Position numbers and translations under genes: made by a program. Positions 1 through 9,270 of a stretch of 64,000 bases of DNA are shown here, in pieces (the stretch's first letter is position 1; each line of letters starts with the position of its first letter). Origin of the DNA: Patescibacteria group bacterium (GTDB lineage: Bacteria > Patescibacteriota > Patescibacteriia > Patescibacteriales > UBA12465); the NCBI GenBank assembly GCA_041656935.1, contig JBBACQ010000004.1, positions 8,557 to 72,556 on the forward strand. The letters are read 5' to 3'. The notes below the pieces were generated by a model. It was given only the letters and a program-made list of their open reading frames with translations. It ran no database searches and was not told the origin of the DNA.

Positions 1-355
1 TAGTACTAGAAAAATCAGATTCGGCCGTTTTGTTTTCTGATGTAACAGCCTCGGGCAAGCCCAAAGACTGATCGACCATGGTTTCCTTCATTAAATAATT
101 ATCAGAATATTCTTTTTTATTTTTCTCTACAAAATCAAATAATTCCTGAAAATTTGTGGCCTTTTTAATTTTACCGCTCTTATTAGAATTAAAAACCTCT
201 CCCAAATCAAAATTATAAACCACTGGATTATCTTCCGAATTAATATCCTTTTTAGTTAAGTCCATTATCTTTAAAACGATGAAAGAAAGAACTAAAAACC
301 CAGCTATAATCAACAAAATTAAGGTCTTAGTTTGATTAATTTTAATTTTTTCCAT
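1..355 (-). CDS. Partial (runs off left edge) membrane-anchored secreted protein, possibly beta-propeller family
   Basis: Hand translation from ATG at 355: MEKIKINQTKTLILLIIAGFLVLSFIVLK...ESDFSST, open to the window edge. Has an N-terminal TM; the DFSST end resembles the D(Y/F)S.TNVQ motif preceding Beta_propel domains. Confidence 0.55.
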   Translation of the reverse strand, partial: MEKIKINQTKTLILLIIAGFLVLSFIVLKIMDLTKKDINSEDNPVVYNFDLGEVFNSNKSGKIKKATNFQELFDFVEKNKKEYSDNYLMKETMVDQSLGLPEAVTSENKTAESDFSST

Positions 356-683
356 ATTTTTCGAAGTTATATTAATGATAAATAATAGTCTTTTATATTA
401 CACTAGTATTATAATATAAAAAAGACAAAAGAGCAAAATAAGGCTATTTTTGACACTTTACAAAGAAAAAATCTTATGATAAGCTGGTATTAAAGATTGT
501 TCTAAAAATATAACAATTTTTACAAAAATAATTAACCCCTGTTTTTAGGAGAATAAAATAATGACTGGTTTAAATAAAAACTTTAAATACTCTCAAAATA
601 AAAACAAAAATATTGATTTAGTTTTTTAAAAAGAACTATTTTACATTATTATTTTTATTGATCCTAAAACGGAATAAAAAAAT

Positions 684-2198
684 ATGGAATATGTTATTTA
701 TTTAGCAGTGGTTGTTGTTGGTTTTTGGGGCGGATACCTATACTACAAGAAAATATCTTCTAATAAAATAGAAGGAGCTCAAAATAAAGCTGAGAAAATA
801 ATCAACGAAGCTAGAAACAAACAAAAAAAATACGAATTAGAAGCTCAAGAAAAAGCTCTAAAAATAATTGAAGAAGCCAAAAAGGAAGAAGCCGTTAGAC
901 GTAAAGAAATAAATGATTTACAAAGAAGATTAGAAGAAAGAGAAACAGCTTTTTCTCAAAAATTACTAGCCTTAGAAGAAAAACAACAAAAGTTATACGA
1001 CAAGGTTAACGAGGTCCAAGAGATTAAAGAAAAAATAAAAGAAATCCAAGAAAATCAAATAAAAAAATTAGAAAAAATTGCCGGTTTAACACCCGAGCAA
1101 GCCAAGGAAATATTGTTAAAAAACATTGAAGAAAAAAACAGTGAGGATTTATTAGTTAGAATGACCAAACTTAAAAATGAATCTGATGATATCTTAAAAG
1201 AAAAATCAATGGATTTATTAGCTAACACCATCCAAAGATTAGCCCCTAATTATACGGCCGAATTAAGTACTACTACGATTGATTTGCCTAGCGATGAAAT
1301 GAAGGGACGAATTATCGGACGCGAAGGCCGAAACATTAAATCAATTGAACAAATGACTGGGGTTGAAATTATTGTTGATGATACCCCTAATGCTATTACC
1401 ATTTCCGGATTTTCTCTAATTAGAAGACACGTTGCCAAAAAGGCCTTAGAATATCTTATCAAAGACGGGAGAATTCATCCCACCAAAATTGAGGATGCCG
1501 TTAGTAAAGCCAAAATTGAGCTATCAAATGATATTAAAAAAGCTGGTGACGAAGCTGTATATGAATTAGGCGTAGCCGGATTTGATCCAAAACTAACTCA
1601 AATTATAGGAAGACTTAAATACAGAACTAGTTATGGACAAAATGCCTTAGAACATTCCATTGAAGTAGCTCATCTATCTGGTATGTTAGCCAGAGAATTA
1701 GGAGCTGATGCTAATTTAGCTAAAAAAGCTGGATTATTGCACGATATTGGAAAAGCTGTAGATCACGAAGTACAAGGAAACCATACTGAAATTGGCCGAG
1801 ACATTTTAAAGAAATTTAATATGCCGGAAGAAATTATTGCTCCGGTAGAAACTCACCATGATGATAATCCTCGCACTTTATTATCAGTAATAGTAAAAAC
1901 AGCTGATGCTATCTCTTCAGCTCGACCAGGAGCTCGACATGATTCTTACGAAAACTATATTCAAAGATTAGAAGAGCTGGAAAGAATCGCTAATTCTTTT
2001 GAAGGAGTTGAAAAAAGCTATGCTATTCAAGCTGGTCGTGAAGTTAGAATATTTATCTCTCCGGAAAAAATAGACGACTTAAGATCTTACGAATTAGCTA
2101 GAGAGGTCGCTAAAAAAATTGAACAAGAATTAAAATATCCTGGAGAAATAAAAGTTAATATAATAAGAGAATTAAGAGTTATAGAATATGCCCGCTAA
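684..2198 (+). CDS. rny: Ribonuclease Y
   Basis: N-terminal TM, coiled coil, KH motif (MKGRIIGREGRNI), HD motif (LLHDIGK), C-terminal YPGEIKVNIIRE. Confidence 0.97.
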   Translation: MEYVIYLAVVVVGFWGGYLYYKKISSNKIEGAQNKAEKIINEARNKQKKYELEAQEKALKIIEEAKKEEAVRRKEINDLQRRLEERETAFSQKLLALEEKQQKLYDKVNEVQEIKEKIKEIQENQIKKLEKIAGLTPEQAKEILLKNIEEKNSEDLLVRMTKLKNESDDILKEKSMDLLANTIQRLAPNYTAELSTTTIDLPSDEMKGRIIGREGRNIKSIEQMTGVEIIVDDTPNAITISGFSLIRRHVAKKALEYLIKDGRIHPTKIEDAVSKAKIELSNDIKKAGDEAVYELGVAGFDPKLTQIIGRLKYRTSYGQNALEHSIEVAHLSGMLARELGADANLAKKAGLLHDIGKAVDHEVQGNHTEIGRDILKKFNMPEEIIAPVETHHDDNPRTLLSVIVKTADAISSARPGARHDSYENYIQRLEELERIANSFEGVEKSYAIQAGREVRIFISPEKIDDLRSYELAREVAKKIEQELKYPGEIKVNIIRELRVIEYAR

Positions 2199-2490
2199 AA
2201 AATTTATAAACCAAAAAGATTTAGCTGAAATTATTAACTCTAAAAAGGACTTTAATTTGGGCAAGAAACAAATTGAAAAAATAATTAAAGTTCTAACTGA
2301 TGTTATTACTGAACAATTAAAAGCTGGAAAAACTGTAAAAATTACTAGTTTTGGAGCTTTTATTCCAAAAACCAGATATGCTCGAGGCGGTGTTAATCCA
2401 AGATCTCCTCAAGAAAGAATAAAAATACCAACTGTTAAAATAACCAAATTTAAAACCGGAAAAAAACTGAAAGATGCCCTAAAAGGTTAG
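2188..2490 (+). CDS. hup: HU/IHF-family DNA-binding protein
   Basis: VKITSFGAF...GVNPRS...[12 protein letters not shown] signature. Confidence 0.9.
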   Translation: MPAKKFINQKDLAEIINSKKDFNLGKKQIEKIIKVLTDVITEQLKAGKTVKITSFGAFIPKTRYARGGVNPRSPQERIKIPTVKITKFKTGKKLKDALKG

Positions 2491-2498
2491 GGCAAAAA

Positions 2499-2572
2499 GT
2501 GTCCATAGCTCAACTGGATAGAGCGCCTGGCTTCGGACCAGGAGGTTGTGGGTTCAAATCCTGCTGGACACA
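2499..2572 (+). tRNA. tRNA-Arg (anticodon TCG), CCA not encoded
   Basis: Acceptor GTGTCCA/TGGACAC, anticodon arm CCTGG-CTTCGGA-CCAGG, T loop GGTTCAAATCC; followed by ACTA. Confidence 0.93.
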
Positions 2573-2577
2573 CTATA

Positions 2578-2714
2578 TTCAATTTTCAATTTTCAATTAT
2601 CAATTATCAATGGTTTCGTCGCGTGCCACATATCGTAAATAAATAGTTTACGGGATACGAGGACAATTGCTAGTTATAAAATTAAACATTGAACATTAAA
2701 AATTAATAATTGAA
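2578..2714. repeat. Inverted heptamer arrays, (TCAATTW)x5 facing (MATTRAW)x5, around a GC-richer core
   Basis: TCAATTT/TCAATTA units at 2579, 2586, 2593, 2600, 2607; complementary-type units at 2680, 2687, 2694, 2701, 2708. Confidence 0.7.
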
Positions 2715-2719
2715 CAAAT

Positions 2720-2796
2720 GGCTGGGTAGCTCAGCTGGTTAGAGCGTAGCACTCATAACGCTAAGGTCGAGGGTTCGAGCCCCTCCTCAGCCACCA
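2720..2796 (+). tRNA. tRNA-Met (CAT), elongator type
   Basis: GGCTGGG/CTCAGCC acceptor with G1-C72 paired (not initiator), U4-A69, loop CTCATAA, encoded CCA. Ile2 identity not fully excluded. Confidence 0.88.
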
Positions 2797-2800
2797 TCAC

Positions 2801-2857
2801 CTCCCCGCAAAAACGGGGAGACAACCAAACCCTGTCATCCCCGCGAAAGCGGGGACC
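2801..2857. repeat. Two REP-like GC-rich palindromes
   Basis: CTCCCCG-CAAAAA-CGGGGAG (2801-2820) and TGTCA-TCCCCGC-GAAA-GCGGGGA-CC (2833-2857). Confidence 0.7.
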
Positions 2858-2859
2858 AC

Positions 2860-2935
2860 GCGCTGTTAGCTCAGCTGGTAGAGCAGCTCCCTCTTAAGGA
2901 GAAGGTCAAAGGTTCGATCCCTTTACAGCGCACCA
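2860..2935 (+). tRNA. tRNA-Lys (CTT)
   Basis: GCGCTGT/ACAGCGC acceptor, loop CTCTTAA, GGTTCGATCC, encoded CCA. Confidence 0.93.
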
Positions 2936-2960
2936 AATTTTGATAACTTAAATTAAATAT

Positions 2961-2996
2961 AAAAAAAATCGACCCTTGTAGGCCGATTTTTTTTAT
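2961..2996. terminator. Bidirectional intrinsic terminator between the tRNA operon and pilin
   Basis: A8-TCGACC...GGCCGA-T8 between convergent units. Confidence 0.7.
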
Positions 2997-3013
2997 ACTA
3001 AATATTCTATAAA

Positions 3014-3466
3014 TTAATCACAAACTCCTTCTACTGCCATATCTAGAATACCTCCTGGAGTAGCACATTTAACACCGGCAGCCAAACCACCAACTTGTCC
3101 ACCTAAACAGAAAGCTAAAGTATAAGAGGCCCCCGAATCGTCTTGAGTATAGGCGTAAGTATTACTAGCCGAAACACAATCCCCATCAGCTGGTGTTGGA
3201 GCTGTTGGCACGATAGCCATGTAGACATTAGTTCCACTGCCAATTTCTCCACCATCAAAAACGGAAGAAGCTGGATATTCTTGCCAGTCATTAAAATAAA
3301 GTTCAAAGGAGGTTTGAAGTTGTCTAACATCAGCTATTCTTTTAGCATCACGAGCATTCTTTCTAGCATTTTGCAAGGCAACTACAGCTAAGGTAGCTAA
3401 GATACCAATAATAGCTATTACTACCAATAACTCAATCAAGGTAAAACCTTTTTTCTTATTAAACAT
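3014..3466 (-). CDS. Type IV pilin (likely major pilin)
   Basis: KKGF^[16 protein letters not shown] prepilin motif, ARDAKR, C-terminal cysteines; strong duplicated promoter upstream. Confidence 0.9.
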   Translation of the reverse strand: MFNKKKGFTLIELLVVIAIIGILATLAVVALQNARKNARDAKRIADVRQLQTSFELYFNDWQEYPASSVFDGGEIGSGTNVYMAIVPTAPTPADGDCVSASNTYAYTQDDSGASYTLAFCLGGQVGGLAAGVKCATPGGILDMAVEGVCD

Positions 3467-3550
3467 AGTTTTAAAAAGATATTATTATTTTTATTTAAAC
3501 TAATAAAAATAATAATAAGAAGTATTAAATTTTATATTTTAAATTATCTA

Positions 3551-3657
3551 TAAATATATCTTAATTATACCTAAAAAATAACGAAAGGTCAAATAATATT
3601 AATCTATATTAAATATATCTTAATTATACCTAAAAAATAACGAAAGGTCAAATAATA
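3551..3657 (-). promoter_or_regulatory. 48-bp direct repeat (3551-3598, 3610-3657), each copy a sigma70 promoter TTGACC-N17-TATAAT facing the pilin gene
   Basis: Minus-strand -35 at 3587-3592 and 3646-3651; -10 at 3564-3569 and 3623-3628. Confidence 0.85.
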
Positions 3658-3663
3658 CAAGCC

Positions 3664-4134
3664 TTAATCGCAAGAAGTGGTGGTAGAGATAATCCCTCCC
3701 GGAGTAGCACATTTAACACCAGCCTCTAAAGAGCCGACATTTCCCCCTAAACAAAACTCAATAAAATAACTGCTCCCCGAATCTAATTGCTGATAACGAT
3801 AGGAAATAGTACTGCTACAAATATCACCATCAGCTGGCGAAGGAGCGGTAGGGACCACATACATATAAACGTTAGAACCACTAGCAATCTGAGAACCAGA
3901 AACCAAAAGAGCCGGATAGCCCTGAAGATCATTGAAATAAAGTTCTAAGCCCGTTTGCATCTGACGAACATCATAAATTCTTTTAGCATCACGGGCATTT
4001 CTTCTGGCCCCCTGTAAAGCAACAATCGCCAAAGTAGATAATATTCCAATTATGGCGATAACAACTAACAATTCAATTAGAGTAAAACCAGAAACGCTAG
4101 CTTTTGTTTCTTTGTTCTTCATAAAAGTATTCAT
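3664..4134 (-). CDS. Type IV pilin, paralog of 3014-3466
   Basis: GF^[16 protein letters not shown] motif; shares [19 protein letters not shown] with its neighbour. Confidence 0.9.
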   Translation of the reverse strand: MNTFMKNKETKASVSGFTLIELLVVIAIIGILSTLAIVALQGARRNARDAKRIYDVRQMQTGLELYFNDLQGYPALLVSGSQIASGSNVYMYVVPTAPSPADGDICSSTISYRYQQLDSGSSYFIEFCLGGNVGSLEAGVKCATPGGIISTTTSCD

Positions 4135-4192
4135 AAAAAAGATAAAGCTCTATTAATTAAATAATACCATAAAAAACAAAATAGCTCAAATA

Positions 4193-5641
4193 CTATTTAT
4201 TAACAATTTTAATAATTTCTTCTTTAACAATTAAACGATCATCCCAAGGTTTTTTTTCACCATTAGCTAAACAAATAGCCTGTTCACAACCCTTACCGGT
4301 AAGCAAAAGCAAATCTCCTTCTTGAGCTAATTGCACTCCCTTTTTTATAGCCTCTCGTCTGTCTAATATTCTAAAAAGATTGGTTCCCTCTTCTTTACCG
4401 ACACTTTTAGCTCCATTAGCAACTTGGTTTATAATATCTAGAGGATTTTCATCATAGGGGTCTTCATTACTAACAATAACATAATCCGCTTTAGCTCCAG
4501 CTATCTTTCCTAAAACTTCTCGCCGATCTTGATCTCGTCCTCCCCCAGCTGAACCTAAAATATGAATAATTTTTCCCTGATACCCAGAGTTAAATAAATT
4601 CTCCTTAAAAAAATAAATTAAATTATATAACTTTTCCATAGCTGTGGGCTCATAAGCATAATCAACAATCACCAAAAAGTTTTGCCCAATATTAATTAAT
4701 TCTAAACGACCAGGAATATTTTTTACCTTTTCTAAACCTGAAACTATTTTATCAAAATCAATATTATTTAAAATCAACGGCAAGCATAGTGTTGGTAAAC
4801 AATTCAAAACATTAAAATCTCCCCATAAGGATAAATTTATTTTTTTAAAATTTGAGGGAGCATCATTATTTTTTTTAGATATAAAATTGAAAGAAGTACC
4901 TTCAGGGTGAACGGAAATATTTTCATAAAATACTCCTAAGCCGTTGAAATTTTTTCTAATTTTATCGAAATAAAAAATCTTTTCTTCCGACCAAAAAGAA
5001 GAGAAATAAAGAGATTCAGCATCATCACCGTTAATAATCGAAGTTTTTTTAACCCGAGTTAAATCAATTTTAGTTAAATTATTCTTAGCTTTAACAATCT
5101 TATTATTTACATCTAAAAATTTAGCCCGACACCTTTTGAGATGAAAAAAAAGCTCTCCTTTAGCTTTTTTATAATTATCGAAACTACCATGCGATTCAAT
5201 ATGTTCAGGATAAATCCCAGTAAAAACTAAAATATCATAATTTATGAAACGATGACGAAATTGTCTAATACCCTCGGAGGTAGTTTCTACTATAGCGTAA
5301 GAACAACCATTTCTAACCATTCTCCGCAAAATCCTTTGAGTAAAAAATGGCCCCACCATGGTCATTTTTTTATTATTAAGCCATTCATTTTCTCCATCAC
5401 TAAACATCGCCGTAGAAGTATAACCGGTTTTATAGCCACTATCACTTAAGGCTTTGGCCATTAAATAAACTGAACTGGTTTTGCCCGAGGTTCCCGTGAT
5501 ACCAATAACAACCAATTTTTCGCTGGGAAAACAATAAAAAAATGAGGCTAAAAAGCTAGATAAAAAATGATACCCCGGTTGAATTTTCCGATATAATTTA
5601 ACTGGAATAATTTTTTTAAAGTAAAATAGAAATTTGTTCAT
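4193..5641 (-). CDS. murE: Mur ligase, MurE-like
   Basis: GITGTSGKTS P-loop, ETTSEG, PEHIESHGSF, IPGRLE, VIVDYA, LTGKG. Confidence 0.85.
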   Translation of the reverse strand: MNKFLFYFKKIIPVKLYRKIQPGYHFLSSFLASFFYCFPSEKLVVIGITGTSGKTSSVYLMAKALSDSGYKTGYTSTAMFSDGENEWLNNKKMTMVGPFFTQRILRRMVRNGCSYAIVETTSEGIRQFRHRFINYDILVFTGIYPEHIESHGSFDNYKKAKGELFFHLKRCRAKFLDVNNKIVKAKNNLTKIDLTRVKKTSIINGDDAESLYFSSFWSEEKIFYFDKIRKNFNGLGVFYENISVHPEGTSFNFISKKNNDAPSNFKKINLSLWGDFNVLNCLPTLCLPLILNNIDFDKIVSGLEKVKNIPGRLELINIGQNFLVIVDYAYEPTAMEKLYNLIYFFKENLFNSGYQGKIIHILGSAGGGRDQDRREVLGKIAGAKADYVIVSNEDPYDENPLDIINQVANGAKSVGKEEGTNLFRILDRREAIKKGVQLAQEGDLLLLTGKGCEQAICLANGEKKPWDDRLIVKEEIIKIVNK

Positions 5642-5647
5642 AAATAG

Positions 5648-8313
5648 TTATTTGGAGAAATATTTACCAAAGTCGTCGTCGCTAATATTATTAATCTGAT
5701 TATTTTTATTTTTTTCCTCATCAGTTTTTATTTTTTTATCTTTCTCGACACCAGAAATCGAATCATCATCTGAAATTTCTATACGACTATTATCTTCTTC
5801 AGCTTCTTCATCTTCTGATCTCTCGCCTGCCTCAATCTCAGAATTTAAATCCTCTTCCAAAAATTCTACATCATTATTATTGTCACCATTATATTCTTCC
5901 CCTTTCTCATCCTCTATGTCATCATTCGAATTATCTTTGTTTTCTATCTCTTCTATATTATTTTCATCTTCGTCATTATTTTCATCTTCTTCAGAATTAT
6001 TTTCTAATTCTTCAAAAACTAGCGGGCTCTCCTCTTCTTTATAAAGATAATCGTTAGGGCTCTTGCTGGCAGACCTATTATGAATTGGGGTTGAAGAAAA
6101 AGGATTAGACAAAGTATTTTCATATTGCTCTTTAGAAACCATTATCTCTCTAGGTTTAGAACCATTGCTCGGACCAACCATCCCTAATTCCTCTAACATA
6201 TCTAAAATACTGGCCGCTCTAGAATAACCAATTCTCAATCTTCTTTGTAAAAAGGAAGTGGATGCCTTACCGCTAGACAAAACAATTTCTTTAGCCTCTT
6301 CTAACAATTCGTCTTCATCTCCCATTAAACCATCTAAACCAACTCCACCGATACCACTAACTTTTTGTCTCTCAGTTATTCCCTCTAAATAATCAGCGGT
6401 TCCATATTTTTCTTTTATATAAGAAACAATAGAGCTGATTTCTTCATCACTAACATAGGCTCCTTGTATTCTTTTTGGTTTAGATAATTCAGCGGTAGTA
6501 AAAAGCATATCTCCTTTACCTAACAATTTTTCAGCTCCCGAAGAATCTAAAATTGTTTTAGAATCTACCGCCGAAGCCACTGAGAAGGCAATTCTGGCTG
6601 GAGTGTTGGCCTTAATCAAACCAGTAATAACATCAACGCTGGGTCTTTGAGTCGCTAATATTAAATGAATACCAACCGCTCTAGACATTTGAGTTAATCT
6701 AATAACACTGCTTTCAATATCCTTAGAAGCCGAAACCATTAAGTCAGCCAACTCATCAATAACAAAAATAATATAAGGTATTTTTTCTTTTCCATTTTGA
6801 TTATAAGTTTGAATATTCTTCTTGCCCGCCCGATTTAACATTTCATAACGACGATCCATTTCGTTTAAACACCATCTTAAAGCATTGATAGTTTTGCTAA
6901 CTTCAGTAATAACTGGAGTTAGAAGATGAGGAATGCCATTATAGGTCGGAAGTTCTACTCTTTTAGGGTCAACTAATATAAAGCGTAAATCATCAGGATT
7001 GTTTTGATATAGTAAACTGACAATAATGGTATTTAAACAAACCGATTTTCCAGAATTAGTCGCTCCGGCCACTAATAAATGAGGCATCTTAGCAATGTCA
7101 TAGACTATATTTTTTCCAGAGACATCTTTTCCTAGGCCGCCATTAAATTAGTTTGTCTATTTTTGAAGTCTCTCTCTTCTAAAACTTCTCTTAAACCAAC
7201 AATAGCCTTAGTTTTGTTAGGGACCTCAATTCCAATTAAAGATTTGCCCGGTATTGGAGCTTCAATTCTAATCGGATGCGCCGCTAAAGCCAATGATAAA
7301 TCATTATTCAAGGCTGTTATTTTTGAGACCTTTATACCCTCTGAGGGTTTAAAAGTATATTGAGTTACAGTTGGACCAACATTAACTCCCCCCATTTCTA
7401 CTAAGATACCAAAATTCTCTAAGGTCCTTTGTATTATTAAAATATTTTTATCAATATCTCCACTAGTGGCCTTATTAATTTTATTGCTTAAAAGCTCCAA
7501 CGGTAAATCAATTTTAATTTTTTTAGTTTTCCAATTAACATTTTCTCTTAGGACTTCTTCTTTTTTCCCTAAATCCTCAGTTCTGTTATTAGAAAACCCT
7601 ATTTCTTTTTTAACAAATAAGACATCCTGATCTTCCGCTAAATTATCATCTTTATTTTTTTCATTTTTTATTTCCTCTTCATAATTATTTTGATTTTCAT
7701 CTTCGGTCGAATATGAATCTTCCTCCGAAATATCATTAATCTTAAAGAAATTAGAAATTGATCTAAATATTTGAAATAAAAAACTTTTTGACCCCACCAA
7801 ATGAGACAAAGTAACATTAAATAATAATATAAGCGACAGGGCTAAAATTGCTAAAATCACCACCAATCCTCCCCAAAAGCCCAAAGAGTTTTCTAAAAAA
7901 AGTGATAAGTAAAAACCTAAGTATCCCCCGCCCAGTCCTTCGCTGGCTTTAATTTTGGCAATATCATTTTTATAGAAAAAATGTAGTAATGATGAAATAA
8001 AGATAAAAAATAATGACAAACCAAAATAATTAGACTTCTTAGAAAAAAATTTATTCTTTTTATAAATAGCGATACTCAAAATGATCAATAAAAAAGGAAA
8101 AAGCCACTTACTCCAACCAAAAATTAAGGACAAAATATCATCTAAAAACAAACCAAAGCTACCAGAAAGAGAAAAAAGCGATAATAAACTCAGTAAACCA
8201 AAAACAAAAATCAACAAGGCAATAATGCTTGTTTTTATAATAATTTCCTGATTTCTATCATCTTTTAAATCAGGCTCTTGCTCATTATGGTCTTTTTGAC
8301 GTTTTCTCTTCAT
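5648..8313 (-). pseudogene. ftsK: DNA translocase FtsK split by a 1-bp frameshift near 7134 (or assembly error)
   Basis: 7132-8313 encodes the 4TM domain and FtsK-alpha (GPTVTQY, IRIEAPIPGKS). 5648-7087 encodes the motor and gamma domain (MPHLLVAGATNSGKS, LQRRLRIGYSRA). Adding one C (GCC[C]TAGGAAAAGAT) restores MAALGKDVSGKNIVYDIAKMPHLL. Confidence 0.85.
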
Positions 8314-8364
8314 ACCTATGGATTATAACAAAAATAATAGATTTATCAAATAAATCTAAAAACC

Positions 8365-9267
8365 TTAGTTTATTATTTCTTCTATTCGTCTTAAATACTT
8401 GCTATCTATCTGAAACCAATCACCAGAACTTTGAATCGGATAATTATTGCCTTCAAAACGATGAAAATCTGATCCCCCAGTAGCAATTAGATTTAATTTA
8501 ATTGCTAAAAATTGGGCATGCATAATAGCTCCAATAGAATGATGGGGCGACAGAACTTCAATCCCATCAATCCCTAACTCTTTTAATTTTTCCGTCATAT
8601 TCCGACCAAACTTATTAAATTTACCAGGATGGCAAAAAACTAGTTGACCGCCAACTTTCTTTTTAATTTTAATCAGTCTTTCAGCGTTTATATAAGATTC
8701 GCTTAGAATACCAATTTTTTTATTAAAAAATAACTCTCCCAAAATATCCTCTTCTCTCAATGGCAAAATTAATTTACCACTAAAATTTTTTTTGCTCTTC
8801 CTTCGATTTTTAATATTCTTTAAAACTAGATTATAATTATGTTTTTTTTCTATTATCTTATCCCCTAAACGATTAACCGGGATATAATTCTTAAAAAGAG
8901 ATAAAAGATTTTCAATATCAATTTGGTAACCCCTTTTCTTTAATTTAGTTAAAATATTTTTTACCAAGAGAGCTCGACGATAACGAGCTGATTCTAAAAG
9001 ATCTTGCAACTCTTCATTTTTAGCATCAAAATTATACCACAAAAAATTTAATTTTCTTCTCTTGTATTTAACATAAATCTCTAAACCAGGAATAGTTTTA
9101 ATTTTATGCTTTTTAGCTTCCCTTTGAAATTCACCCAAGCCAATTGTGGTATTATGATCAGTTAAGGAGGCAACCCGCACCCCTCTTTTTTGGATAAGCT
9201 TTACTAATTCCTTGGGGGTTAAATAGCCATCAGAAAAATTAGAATGAAGTTGTAAGTCTATCAACAT
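8365..9267 (-). CDS. PHP-domain phosphoesterase
   Basis: DLQLHSNFSDG, LTDHNT, CHP, GGSDFH. Confidence 0.88.
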   Translation of the reverse strand: MLIDLQLHSNFSDGYLTPKELVKLIQKRGVRVASLTDHNTTIGLGEFQREAKKHKIKTIPGLEIYVKYKRRKLNFLWYNFDAKNEELQDLLESARYRRALLVKNILTKLKKRGYQIDIENLLSLFKNYIPVNRLGDKIIEKKHNYNLVLKNIKNRRKSKKNFSGKLILPLREEDILGELFFNKKIGILSESYINAERLIKIKKKVGGQLVFCHPGKFNKFGRNMTEKLKELGIDGIEVLSPHHSIGAIMHAQFLAIKLNLIATGGSDFHRFEGNNYPIQSSGDWFQIDSKYLRRIEEIIN

Positions 9268-9270
9268 ATT

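Noticed and set aside
497-510. boxA-like GTTCTAAAAA upstream of rny
   Set aside because: Poor match lying inside a small hairpin. Kept as a caution that boxA-like words may not be exclusive to orphans.
7132-7134. TAG readthrough or an alternative genetic code as explanation for the ftsK split
   Set aside because: Readthrough would not restore the frame. TAG and TGA act as normal stops elsewhere (e.g. queA ends in TGA), so code 25 is not indicated.
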